A DNA stretch of 64,000 nucleotides from a virus: IMG/VR virus record IMGVR_UViG_3300032261_000561, one strand, 5' to 3'. Within the stretch, counting starts at the first letter, position 1; each line of letters begins with the position of its first letter. The translations under genes and the position numbers were made by a program. Below, one piece after another: positions 51,971 through 61,203 of the stretch. A model generated the notes under the pieces. The model was given only the letters and a program-made list of their open reading frames with translations, did no database searches and had not been told where the DNA came from.

Positions 51971-52679
51971 GATCCTTAAGCCCTTCGATCAGTTTGTCGC
52001 GGACATCCTCAGGGGTCTCGTCGTTGCGGGAATCTTTGAAGGCCAGGACGGGTTCGAGGTCCCCGGTCTTGCGGGCGGCCTCGATGCGGTCGAAGTAGGC
52101 CCGCATGGCAAAAACCCGGCGCATCAGCGAGTTCTTCATGCGCCCTTTCTCTAACCGCCGGGTGGCCTCCCGAGAGGTCTGCGGGGGCAGCGGCATGCCG
52201 CCACGCAAATGAGAGGCACCTGATCCAGCCAGACGCCACCTGGTGCCTTCGCATCGGGCGAAGAACTCCTGGATCTGCTCCCACTCCTTGAAGAACAACG
52301 TGGCGATCTCCCAGTGCATCGAGAGCCAGTATTCGTGGGACTCGGAATCCCGTTCCATCTGCAGCGGCGCCGGGGTGCCGAACTTATTGCGGTGCATGAT
52401 CTCCCAGACCAGCACGGCATAACGCATCCGGTCGGCGTCATGTTGATAGGCCATCGACACCAGCTGATCGCGCAGGTGCTCCTTCTCCCGTTTGGATAGC
52501 CCAGTGGCGGCAGCCATCGCCTTGGAGTGGATCCCGGCCCGAACCTCGTTGATCTCCTTCTTCACCGCCGACAGCTGCTCGGTCAGCTCCTTGATCTTGG
52601 CGTGGGCCTGCTGCAGAGCCTCGGATTCGAGCACCTTGAGCCGGGAATCGGCACGCTGGGCGTATTTCCCCTTCGTCAC
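51954..52679 (-). CDS. hypothetical coiled-coil protein
   Basis: ORF track. Confidence 0.65.
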   Translation of the reverse strand: MTKGKYAQRADSRLKVLESEALQQAHAKIKELTEQLSAVKKEINEVRAGIHSKAMAAATGLSKREKEHLRDQLVSMAYQHDADRMRYAVLVWEIMHRNKFGTPAPLQMERDSESHEYWLSMHWEIATLFFKEWEQIQEFFARCEGTRWRLAGSGASHLRGGMPLPPQTSREATRRLEKGRMKNSLMRRVFAMRAYFDRIEAARKTGDLEPVLAFKDSRNDETPEDVRDKLIEGLKDRGQEA

Positions 52680-52788
52680 TATCCGGCCCCCTGCTCCATC
52701 TCGATCAACTCGCCATCCTGGGGAGGACCCCTTTTATGTCCTCTAATTTACACACAATGTTGATCTAATGATAGTGAGACGGTTCTTT

Positions 52789-54267
52789 TTACCAGCTCAG
52801 CACCATGCCGCCCTCGTCCTCCTCGGGCCCGGCGGTGTCCACCAGGTCGTCGATCCAGGACACCGCCGCGCAGTCCAGCACCTCCTTGGCTCGGGTGACC
52901 GCCACGTAGCCGATCATTGCCTCGGCCTCCGAGATGGTCGGCGTCTCGCCGTCCTCGGTGACGCGCGGGGCGAAGAAGTCCCCGGCCACCTTGACCGTCT
53001 CCCACTGCCGACCCTTGCTCTTGTGCGCGGTGGAGACGATCACGTCGGCGTCGTCCTCGTTGCGGGAGAGTGCGTTGGTGGCTTCCAGGATCCGCTCGAT
53101 GCCATGCTCCTCGATCAGCTTGATCAGCGGCAGCAGGTCGCGGCCCCCCTCCTCCTCGGTGGCGTAGCGCACCACCGAGTCCCAGTCGGGGAAGGCGTAC
53201 AGCTCGGGGTGGTTGGTGGTCTTGCCTTCCCGCAAGTCCCCCGCCGCCCGAGCCAGCCTGCTCAATGCGTCACCGCCGCCCACCAAGGACACCCGACGGC
53301 CCGAGTCCAGCTCGCCCAGCACGTGGCCCATGGCGCCCGCATTCGTGCGGCACAGGATCGCCTTGGGCTTCTCCAAGGTGTCCACCACCGAGTCCATGTG
53401 CGGGTTGCCGATCAGTTCCAGCGGGGTGTGCAGCTGGTGCAGCCATTTGTTGGCCTCGTCCGCGATCGCCTGCCCGAACCGCCAGGACTGCGCCAGATAG
53501 AGCTGACGGGCGTTCTTCCAGCCGCCCAGCGCATCGACCGCCCCGCGCCAGGCATACATCTGCTGGCACGAGTCCCCCACGATGATCTGCTGGGCGTTCT
53601 GATCGCTGATCAGCTTGGCCAGCACCGGGTTGGCGTCCTGCGCCTCATCGAAGTAGATGGTGTAGTAGGGCAGCTCCGGCCGGGTCAACGCCCACATCTT
53701 CAGATAGTGATCGTGCTCGAACGGCATCCAGCCGCTGCGGTCGTTGACGTCGGCCCACCAGCGCTGGGCCAGTGGCAGCACGTTGGCCACCAGGACGGCG
53801 TGGTCGGCCCCGATGATCCCGTTCTGCGGTGGGACGTGGCGGGCGGTGATCTCGTCGTCGGCGCTGTAGCAGAACCGGCGCACCGTGTCCCCGGCGATAC
53901 GCGCCAGGTGGCTGGACTTCACCATGACGTCGCGGCCTAATCGCAGGTTGCGCAGCCCCATCCGTTTGGCCACCTCCCAGCTCGGCTCGCGCTTGCCCGA
54001 GATCCGGTGCCGGAAGTCCTTGCCCACCGCCCCGTAGGCCAGCCCGTGGCTGGTCTTGCAGGTGACGTGCCCGGGGAACTTGCCCGAGGCATCCAGCTGG
54101 ATCGGCTTGTTGTAGGCCACGTACAGGCTGCGTTTCGGCAGCTGCTCGGCCACCATCACCAGGGTGGACGTCTTGCCCGTCCCGGCGCCCGCCTGCACGA
54201 CCAGGTTGTCCCCGCTCAGGGCCCCGTCGATGACCGCCTGCTGTTCGGCGGTCGGTGGGTATTCCAT
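52789..54267 (-). CDS. UvrD/Rep-like SF1 helicase
   Basis: AGAGTGKT, DEAQD, VGD..Q..Y.WRGA, SWRFG, STAHKSKG.QW, YVAVTRA. Confidence 0.95.
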   Translation of the reverse strand: MEYPPTAEQQAVIDGALSGDNLVVQAGAGTGKTSTLVMVAEQLPKRSLYVAYNKPIQLDASGKFPGHVTCKTSHGLAYGAVGKDFRHRISGKREPSWEVAKRMGLRNLRLGRDVMVKSSHLARIAGDTVRRFCYSADDEITARHVPPQNGIIGADHAVLVANVLPLAQRWWADVNDRSGWMPFEHDHYLKMWALTRPELPYYTIYFDEAQDANPVLAKLISDQNAQQIIVGDSCQQMYAWRGAVDALGGWKNARQLYLAQSWRFGQAIADEANKWLHQLHTPLELIGNPHMDSVVDTLEKPKAILCRTNAGAMGHVLGELDSGRRVSLVGGGDALSRLARAAGDLREGKTTNHPELYAFPDWDSVVRYATEEEGGRDLLPLIKLIEEHGIERILEATNALSRNEDDADVIVSTAHKSKGRQWETVKVAGDFFAPRVTEDGETPTISEAEAMIGYVAVTRAKEVLDCAAVSWIDDLVDTAGPEEDEGGMVLSW

Positions 54268-54295
54268 GTGTGTCTCCCTTCCTTACAATCTCATG

Positions 54296-54322
54296 AACGA
54301 GTTTACCCTACAGGTATATTCC
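54296..54322 (-). promoter_or_regulatory. SigH/SigE-type promoter GGAAT-N19-GTT with internal TTACC-N5-GGT palindrome
   Basis: GGAATATACCTGTAGGGTAAACTCGTT. Confidence 0.6.
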
Positions 54323-54325
54323 CTA

Positions 54326-54922
54326 TCACATCCACTCGGGGCGTATCCGACGCCACCGCTCCACTGTTCCCTGAGGCACCGACCGTTGATATCCCTGACG
54401 GTGCAACACAGACTTGGATATCCCGAACTCCACCACCACCTCGGCCAGCCTGATCAGTGGCTGGGGATGCAGATTCAGCTCGGGGCGCGGCGCCGGGGCG
54501 GGTTTGTCGCTAACGATGACTGGCTGCAGGGTGGGTGGCTCGGGCTTGGGTTGGCGACGACGCGCGGGACGCTGTCCTTTCGGCCTGGCCCGTCGGGGAG
54601 TCAGGTTGGCGCCGTAAAACCGCAGGAACGTCCTCGTCGCTCGGGTCAGCGTCCAACCCTCGTTCTCCTTGTGCAGCTTGTGCACGAGGTCGTGACAACG
54701 CTGACACAGCGGAACCAGATCGGAGTCCAACTCAGCTCCCATCCGCCGGTAGGTGTGGTGATGCAGGTGGATGTCGATGACGCTCCCGCACGCCTGGCAC
54801 TGCCTCTTGTGATTGGCATAGAAGGCTGCCTTCCTGCGCTCCCAGCTGGTCGAATTGATGTACTGGGCGTATTCGTCTTTGCTGCGCCTTCTACGGGGCT
54901 CTGAGCGGGTTTGCTGGGGAAT
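54326..54922 (-). CDS. HNH endonuclease with putative ATT start and C-terminal extension
   Basis: YAQYINS.SW.RRK...CQAC...HLHHHTY.R.GAE..DLVPLCQRCH...H; frame is open to a TAG just above an AGGAG-N7-ATT. Confidence 0.8.
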   Translation of the reverse strand: MPQQTRSEPRRRRSKDEYAQYINSTSWERRKAAFYANHKRQCQACGSVIDIHLHHHTYRRMGAELDSDLVPLCQRCHDLVHKLHKENEGWTLTRATRTFLRFYGANLTPRRARPKGQRPARRRQPKPEPPTLQPVIVSDKPAPAPRPELNLHPQPLIRLAEVVVEFGISKSVLHRQGYQRSVPQGTVERWRRIRPEWM

Positions 54923-54924
54923 TG

Positions 54925-55310
54925 GAGTTCTCCTGGGTCTTAGGGCCTACTTCGGGCCTTGCCTCGGTGACCCCCCAGGCGACTGACCCCCATTTGCCAT
55001 CTCCGGTACTGTCACACCACCTCTGGCCCCCTGTCTTGGAGTGACAGAGAGCTGATACGCATTGACCTGAGGCTTGCTCTGCAGCTGCGAGCTTCGGGTA
55101 CCCGGCCCGGCCCGGGATTTCCTCGTAGGAGACTCAGTACCGGGAGCCGTGTCAGGTACTCCGGATACGGAACGGGAAGGGAGAGCGGGTTTTTCGGCGG
55201 GTCTCCCCGTAAGCGCCGGTAGGAGGGGCAGTGGCAGCTGCAACAATTACCATCCGGTAACCGGGAGCGCAACCCCGTCCAACATGTTGGGTGAACTGGT
55301 TGCACTACCC
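54925..55310 (-). ncRNA. candidate large structured RNA upstream of the HNH gene
   Basis: No credible ORF; many helices (55298-310/55263-274, 55234-243/55079-088, 55135-143/55003-011, 55041-047/55009-015). Confidence 0.45.
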
Positions 55311-55334
55311 CCCAGATGTAGAGATACTCTCAGA

Positions 55335-55411
55335 TACGCACAGAGATGCGTGGAGACAGTGGCAACTTCTCCGAAGGGCCCCGGCACATGGGAGCCGGGG
55401 CTCTTTTCTTT
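55335..55411 (+). ncRNA. candidate ~77-nt counter-transcribed sRNA with three hairpins
   Basis: TTGCAC-N17-GATACT promoter (55300-55328); hairpins ACGCA/TGCGT and GGAGA/TCTCC, then an intrinsic terminator. Confidence 0.55.
55376..55411 (+). terminator. intrinsic terminator
   Basis: GGGCCCCGGC-N8-GCCGGGGCTC-TTTTCTTT. Confidence 0.8.
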
Positions 55412-55444
55412 CCACAAGTCGTCCAATTTTCCTACAATGAGCTG

Positions 55445-57370
55445 GTGACACACGCGACGGTTGAGTCGACCATCGAACTTTTGGCCAGCGACCCCGAGGT
55501 CGACCTGGACACCGTCGTGTTGGTCAGCGAGTCCACCGCCTACTCGGGCTGCCTGCGTTTCGAACCGTTCGACGGGGACCGGCAGGGCTTCTTCCAGCGC
55601 TACGGCTTGGAGGAGAACTGGATCAGCCGGTTCCTGGTGCTCAACGAGCACCACAACCTGCGCCATTTCATCCGCCAGCTGCTCGACGACAGCTGGCTGC
55701 TGGTGTATGACCCGTCGGCGGATCCGATCCTAGCCGACTTCGAGCGCTGGGCGGCGCCGCTGGACGTGCAGGGCTTCACCTGCCCGCACCACGGGCAGCT
55801 GCGGCCCTATCAGACCTTCGGGATTCAGCGGGCGCTGGAACGGAACGAGGCTCAGAAGGCCTCTGAGCGCCTCACGGTGCCCGGGTGGTGTGCCGGTGCC
55901 GGGAAGAGCCTGTTCGCCTGCGCAGGGGCTCAGGAGCTGGCCAACAGGGGCCTTGTGGACGTGGTGCTAGCTTTCACCCTGATGCGCCACAAAGACAACC
56001 TGCGGGCGTTCTTCGCCGACACCACCGAGCTGAAAGCCGTTGTGGTGGACGGGACTAAAGACCGGCGCCGCAAGCTCTACGCCAGCGAGCACGACGTGTT
56101 CGTGGTCAACTACGACAAACCGCGCTTCGACTTCGAGGAACTGTCCGAGCTGACCGCCGGAAAGCGTGTGCTGTTCGTGCTCGACGAGGTGCAGAAGGTG
56201 CTTACCGCCGAGACCAAGACCCAGGCCCGCAAGGCGCTCGATCAGCTGATCAAGGGCTGCCGGGCCACCATCTGGCCGATGACTGCCTCCATTGTGGGCT
56301 CCAATCCGCTACGCTACCGCTCGCTGTTCGCCTTGAGTCAAGCTCGGGACAACCCGCTGGGCAGCCGGGCGGACTTCGAGGAGCGCTACCTGGAACGCGA
56401 CAACTGGGGCAACCCGAAGAAGCGCACCTACCAGCGCACCACCCGCCACGGCGGGTCGTTCACCGTCACCGACTACGACTGGGATTTGGCCGCGTTGCAT
56501 GAGGTGCGCCACCGGGTGGCCGACCGGGTGCAGAACGCGCGTAAAGGCGATCCCGGTGTGCGCGAATACTTCCCGCCGCTGCAAGTGGAGTTCATCCCGA
56601 TCCAGATGAGTCCCGAGGACCGCCAGCTGATCGACGAGATCGAGTACCTGGCCCGCATCGCCAAGCGTGAGGGGGAGTCGTTGACGTCCTACGCGCTGCT
56701 GCAGCGGTACGTGTGCAACACGCCGGAAGCGTTGGCGCACTCCATCTCACCGCTGGCGCGGGTGCTGATGGAGGAATACCCCCGGCTGATCACCAGCGCC
56801 AACTCCGCGAAGATGGAGTACTTCCTCGACCAGGTGGAATCGATTGCCGACGCCGGAGATAAATGCGTCGCTTTCACCAAATGGACCAATTTGGGCTTGC
56901 ATATTTTGAGTCGTGAGCTGGACAAGCGCAAGGTGAAGCATGTGGTGCACTACGGCACCGGCCAGACCGCCAAGGAGTCCCAGCGGGCCCAGGACTGTTT
57001 CAAGGCCGATGCCGAGATCACGTTGTTCCTGTCCAGCGACGCCGGGGCGTATGGCCTCAACATGCAGGAGGCCAAGTACTGCATCCAGTACGAATGCCCG
57101 TACAGCTACGACGATTTCCAGCAGCGGATCAACCGGATCCACCGCACCGACTCCCAGCTGGCCGGGCTGACCGCGTACATCTATGTGACCGAGAACTCGA
57201 TCGAGGAGCGCATCGCCGGGATCTGCGAGTATCGGCGCCAGCTGGCCGAGGCCACGCTGGGCACGAGTGAAGTCGTCTCGTTACCTGAGATCGCCACCCG
57301 AGACGAGATATCGAACGCTGATTATTTACTTTTCGGAGATGACCGTGATTTTTGGAAACGAGTGACATGA
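55445..57370 (+). CDS. SNF2-like SF2 helicase, leaderless
   Basis: LRPYQ, GAGKS, VNYD, LDEVQ, SAK, AG.YGLNMQ.A, QRINRIHR; TACAAT -10 six nt before GTG. Confidence 0.9.
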   Translation: MTHATVESTIELLASDPEVDLDTVVLVSESTAYSGCLRFEPFDGDRQGFFQRYGLEENWISRFLVLNEHHNLRHFIRQLLDDSWLLVYDPSADPILADFERWAAPLDVQGFTCPHHGQLRPYQTFGIQRALERNEAQKASERLTVPGWCAGAGKSLFACAGAQELANRGLVDVVLAFTLMRHKDNLRAFFADTTELKAVVVDGTKDRRRKLYASEHDVFVVNYDKPRFDFEELSELTAGKRVLFVLDEVQKVLTAETKTQARKALDQLIKGCRATIWPMTASIVGSNPLRYRSLFALSQARDNPLGSRADFEERYLERDNWGNPKKRTYQRTTRHGGSFTVTDYDWDLAALHEVRHRVADRVQNARKGDPGVREYFPPLQVEFIPIQMSPEDRQLIDEIEYLARIAKREGESLTSYALLQRYVCNTPEALAHSISPLARVLMEEYPRLITSANSAKMEYFLDQVESIADAGDKCVAFTKWTNLGLHILSRELDKRKVKHVVHYGTGQTAKESQRAQDCFKADAEITLFLSSDAGAYGLNMQEAKYCIQYECPYSYDDFQQRINRIHRTDSQLAGLTAYIYVTENSIEERIAGICEYRRQLAEATLGTSEVVSLPEIATRDEISNADYLLFGDDRDFWKRVT

Positions 57371-57795
57371 CTGTTCTCCCCTTCCCCGGCCCCAGTGACG
57401 GCGCCCGACACAGTGATCCACCCACCAGTTGGAAGGCAGCAGCCATCAACCAAAGCCGCCGCAATGAACTGCGGTTCAATATGCTCTACACGCATGGGAT
57501 CCTGCTCAGGGACCGACCCAACTGGTACGTGGGACAACAAGGATTAACCGCCGACGAAATCGCCCGCGTGATGAACCTTCCCGTCCCCGCTAACGGCGGG
57601 ACGTCCAAAATGTGCCATTGGAAGCGCCACTCCGAGCTGTACCGCGTCTTCGGTTATTTGGACGTCACCCTCATCGGCAACCAGGAGTTGGAGCGCGAGG
57701 GCCAGCATGTGCTGATAATCAACCAGCGTGGCCTGCGGCACATCGACGACATGCTGAGAAGATATCCGAACATGACCGAGCGGAAATTTGACTGA
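57367..57795 (+). CDS. winged-helix phage protein
   Basis: ARHSDP.TS..AA, GLTADEI, WKR.SEL. Confidence 0.7.
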   Translation: MTVLPFPGPSDGARHSDPPTSWKAAAINQSRRNELRFNMLYTHGILLRDRPNWYVGQQGLTADEIARVMNLPVPANGGTSKMCHWKRHSELYRVFGYLDVTLIGNQELEREGQHVLIINQRGLRHIDDMLRRYPNMTERKFD

Positions 57796-58493
57796 TGAGC
57801 GAGTTCGTCTTCAGCTCCAACCAGGTCACCAACTCCGAGCAGTACTACTTCCCGGCCAGCCTGGAAGCGTTGGAGATGACTCCCAACTTGAAGCGGTGCT
57901 CGCTGACCAACGCCATGCGCTTCGGCGGGCCGCTGGTGCGGCTGATCCTGGAAACCGCGCCGCTGGAAGGCGACGGCGAGGACATCTACGTCGAGACGGT
58001 GGTCAACTACCTGCACGTGGGCCAGTGCCCCACCCAGCCGGGCTGGCATCTCGACGACATCCCCCGGCTCACCCCCGAAGAGCCCACCCAGCTGCCCGGC
58101 ATGACCCCCGATGCCATGGACTACCCGTCGCTGACCGAGATGGTCAAGCAGACCCAGGCCGGGCGCCACGTGCGCCACCACACCATCGTGGTGGGCAACC
58201 CGTGCCCCACCGTGTTCGCCAACGAGCCGGTGACCCTGGACATCGAGCACCCCGACGACTGGGGGGTGATGCGCGACATCCACGCCAAGGCCAGCGCGGC
58301 GAGCTTCGAGGCGATCGCGTTCCCCAACGGCATGTGGACGACGTGGGACTGGTGGAACCTGCACCGGCCGTGCCAAGCCAGCCAGTCGGGGTGGCGACTG
58401 CTGCTGCGCATCGGGGAGGGCGGGGACCGGCCGGTCGAGCACGATTTCTTCAAGCCGATCCACCACGTCTACGTCCCGTCCACCGCGATTTGA
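57795..58493 (+). CDS. putative 2OG-Fe(II) oxygenase-like protein
   Basis: PGWHLD (HxD), distal LHR, then GWRLLLR (2OG-binding Arg). Confidence 0.65.
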   Translation: MSEFVFSSNQVTNSEQYYFPASLEALEMTPNLKRCSLTNAMRFGGPLVRLILETAPLEGDGEDIYVETVVNYLHVGQCPTQPGWHLDDIPRLTPEEPTQLPGMTPDAMDYPSLTEMVKQTQAGRHVRHHTIVVGNPCPTVFANEPVTLDIEHPDDWGVMRDIHAKASAASFEAIAFPNGMWTTWDWWNLHRPCQASQSGWRLLLRIGEGGDRPVEHDFFKPIHHVYVPSTAI

Positions 58494-58508
58494 TGGGAGG
58501 ATCGGCCC

Positions 58509-58847
58509 ATGGCTGAGATCTCAACCAAAGAGCTGTACCGCTACCGCAGCCATCGCACCCTGCAGGAGCTGCACGACTACAAGAAGCTACGGGTGCGAAT
58601 CCGCACCGAAGGGGTGCGCACGCCGGTGGAGCTGCACACCGACGGCCGGTTCGTCTTCATGGCCGAAGGCCACAAGCGGGTAATGATCGCCATCGAACTG
58701 GGTATTAAGACGCTGCCGGTGACCGTCACCGAGCGTGAATTCTCCCGGTCCCGCCGAATGAAATATCGGATCGGACCCGAGCTGGCCGAGCTGCTCAAAG
58801 AAAAGACCGCCGCGACCGTGGGGTCCGACGACGGGGATAACCTATAA
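58509..58847 (+). CDS. ParB/Srx-like domain protein
   Basis: I..EG...PV......EGHKR...A.ELG...LPV. Confidence 0.75.
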   Translation: MAEISTKELYRYRSHRTLQELHDYKKLRVRIRTEGVRTPVELHTDGRFVFMAEGHKRVMIAIELGIKTLPVTVTEREFSRSRRMKYRIGPELAELLKEKTAATVGSDDGDNL

Positions 58848-59375
58848 GCCTTGCGGGCCTACAACAGGCGGCGGGGTGTAGTACGCCGGGCCCATGCCCA
58901 GGATCCTGGGATTGGCGTTGAGCACCGCCGGATAGTGCTGATGGGCCCGCCACCCCCTGAACCCGGCGTAGCGACCCAGGTGCAGATCCAAGTGGCGCCA
59001 GGGATCGTCCATCTCGCGCTGGCCGTAGACCACGCGCATCAGCTTCCAGACATCGGGCGCGGCCGCGATGAACTCGGCGCGGAACCGCGCGAGCCCCAGC
59101 GGGGTGGCGCCGGTGCCGACGAAGTCGATGCCCTGCTGGTAGCCGAAGAAGCACCAGGGGTGCGGACAATCCAGCAGCGTCTCGATGGCGCCGGGCCAGG
59201 GCACGGTGTCATGCTCCATGGTGATGAAATCCTCGCCGCGCTCCCACGCCGCCGCCATGTAGTCCAGGTAGGCCCATTTGCCGCCTGAGACGTCCACCAG
59301 CGTGACGGGGACCGGGCAGTAGAACGAGGACGCCAGGAAGACCCGGGTGGCCTCTGAGAGCCGCGTGAAGGGCAC
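58842..59375 (-). CDS. small GT-A-fold glycosyltransferase-like protein
   Basis: AW..GEDFI.MEHD..PWPGA...L..CP.PWC, LG..RF, W..LD. Confidence 0.65.
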   Translation of the reverse strand: MPFTRLSEATRVFLASSFYCPVPVTLVDVSGGKWAYLDYMAAAWERGEDFITMEHDTVPWPGAIETLLDCPHPWCFFGYQQGIDFVGTGATPLGLARFRAEFIAAAPDVWKLMRVVYGQREMDDPWRHLDLHLGRYAGFRGWRAHQHYPAVLNANPRILGMGPAYYTPPPVVGPQGL

Positions 59376-59770
59376 GTAGAGCCTCAGTGGGCCTCCCGGC
59401 GCCAGGCGTTGCGGTTCCCCTTGCGCGGGTGCTTGTCAGGGCGCCCGTTGGGGATCCGCGTGGAGCGCGGCCGGATCTCAACCCACCGGCGCACGCGCTC
59501 CTTGTGGGCTTGTTCGGCCGCTGTCAGAGTGGGCATTCCGACCACCTCCTTCCACTTCTAGTTTACCAATCAGGTAGTTATATCTTTGCGACCGGCTTCC
59601 AGCTCGTCGGCCGTGCAAGTGGTGTCCCAGCACAGCACCTTGCAGTCCTCGTTGCCGCAGAACGCCTGTCGACCTTCGTCGAGGAGGAGGACGGGCGGCT
59701 GGTCACAGTAGGGACAATTGGGAGTGGGAACGCTCATCGCTCGGCCCTCCGCGCTACCCACATGCGCTCC

Positions 59771-60166
59771 TCAGACATCAGTTGGCGCCATCTGCTCGGG
59801 GCTGACCTCGACGTACTTCCATCGCTCGTTGATGTCGTCGTACCTCGGCTCCACGACGGTGCCGACGTCCAGCTCCTCGACCGCCTCGACGGTGCTCTGG
59901 ATGGCGTTCCAGACGATGGGCCCGCCCCAGCCGGTCTCCTTGCCTGCTTTGGCTGCCAGCTGGAACAGATCATCCCAGCTCACCTCGCGCTCAACCACCT
60001 TGGCCGTGGTCGTTGCCCGGTAGGTGGTGGTGCCTGAGATCGAGCGGTCGCAGCCGCAGCCGCCTGCGTTGCAGCAGACGGCGCCGAAGCTGGCCACGAT
60101 CTCGCCCTCGGGCACGTAGCAGAACTCGCCGTAGGGCACTTCCCCCGTGCTCACCAGTACTTTCAT
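59771..60166 (-). CDS. conserved actinobacterial Cys-containing protein
   Basis: MKVLVST...EGE.V....C...CGC.RS..G.....ATTTA.V; GGAGACACAC RBS. Confidence 0.7.
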   Translation of the reverse strand: MKVLVSTGEVPYGEFCYVPEGEIVASFGAVCCNAGGCGCDRSISGTTTYRATTTAKVVEREVSWDDLFQLAAKAGKETGWGGPIVWNAIQSTVEAVEELDVGTVVEPRYDDINERWKYVEVSPEQMAPTDV

Positions 60167-60570
60167 GTGTGTCTCCTCATTTCTTCTCTTCCTTGCGCTC
60201 GATGCGCAACCAGGCGCTGTAGCCGAACCAGACCAGGGCTCCCAAATGGCTGGGCTCGACGAACCGGACGGCGATGTCGCCGTCGCTGTCGCACCGGGCC
60301 GATTCGACGACCCCGAAACCGAGAATCTCATCCCCCGGCCTGAGGTTGCGGGCCTCGACTCCGATCATGCGTGTGTCTCCTTCCGGTAACGGGATCGATC
60401 CGACCAGTCGACGTCGACCCCGAGCTTGTGCAGGAAGTCGGCCAGCTCGGGACCGAGATCCTGGATGTGATACGCATCCCCGCCGCCGTTGTAGACGACG
60501 TGGGCCTCCCCGAAGTACTTCCAGAGGAAGTCTTCGATCGCGCAGATGTCGACCTGGGGGTGATCAGGCA

Positions 60571-60921
60571 TCAGAACCTCGCCTCCCGTTCGTGGCCCTC
60601 GACCTGGATGCCCCGGTAGTAGTACACCGAACCCAGGCCCATGCTGTCCGAACTGGGAGGGCCCAGCTCGGCCATGGCCTCCTTGACCTCATCCAGACCG
60701 ACTTCGTCGTTCTCGTTCAGGCCCAGCAGCTGGGGTGCCAGCACCTCGGCCAGGGCCATCTGGAAGTCGGCGGGGCCGACCCCTCTGTCTACCGAGTAGC
60801 TCAGGCAGCTGGCGCCATACATGCCACGACCCGAATACTCGGGGCTAAGACGCTCGTCGAGGTCGATCAGCAGCATGCTGATCTTTTGGAACTGCGCCTC
60901 GCTTAGCAAGATCTTTGCCAT
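60571..60921 (-). CDS. conserved phage protein
   Basis: YSGRGMYG..C...DSMGLG.V.Y; GGAGACACAC RBS. Confidence 0.75.
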   Translation of the reverse strand: MAKILLSEAQFQKISMLLIDLDERLSPEYSGRGMYGASCLSYSVDRGVGPADFQMALAEVLAPQLLGLNENDEVGLDEVKEAMAELGPPSSDSMGLGSVYYYRGIQVEGHEREARF

Positions 60922-60954
60922 GTGTGTGTGTCTCCTTCCACTTCGTTGAACAGT

Positions 60955-61203
60955 TTACTCGTCAGGTGCATTCCGGCCGCGTATCTCGGCGCTGACACTC
61001 AGGGCCTGGACCAACGCCATGATCAGATCCCTGGTGGCCTGACCGTCCAGCTCGATCTCGGCGTACTCCTTGCCGATCTCGCTGGGTGCCTCGTCGACAG
61101 ACATCTGGATCTGGCCGTTTCCCATGGTCTTGACCACCACCGACTTACCGCCGAAGCGGACCTCGCTGACTTTGGACGCGATGAGACCTGAGTGAAATGG
61201 CAT
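60955..61203 (-). CDS. hypothetical protein
   Basis: ORF track. Confidence 0.6.
   Translation of the reverse strand: MPFHSGLIASKVSEVRFGGKSVVVKTMGNGQIQMSVDEAPSEIGKEYAEIELDGQATRDLIMALVQALSVSAEIRGRNAPDE

Noticed and set aside
54326-55310. IscB/HEARO (OMEGA) or group I/II intron assignment
   Set aside because: No PLMP or RuvC motifs, no recognisable intron core, and no interrupted host gene; kept only as an unclassified RNA + HNH candidate.
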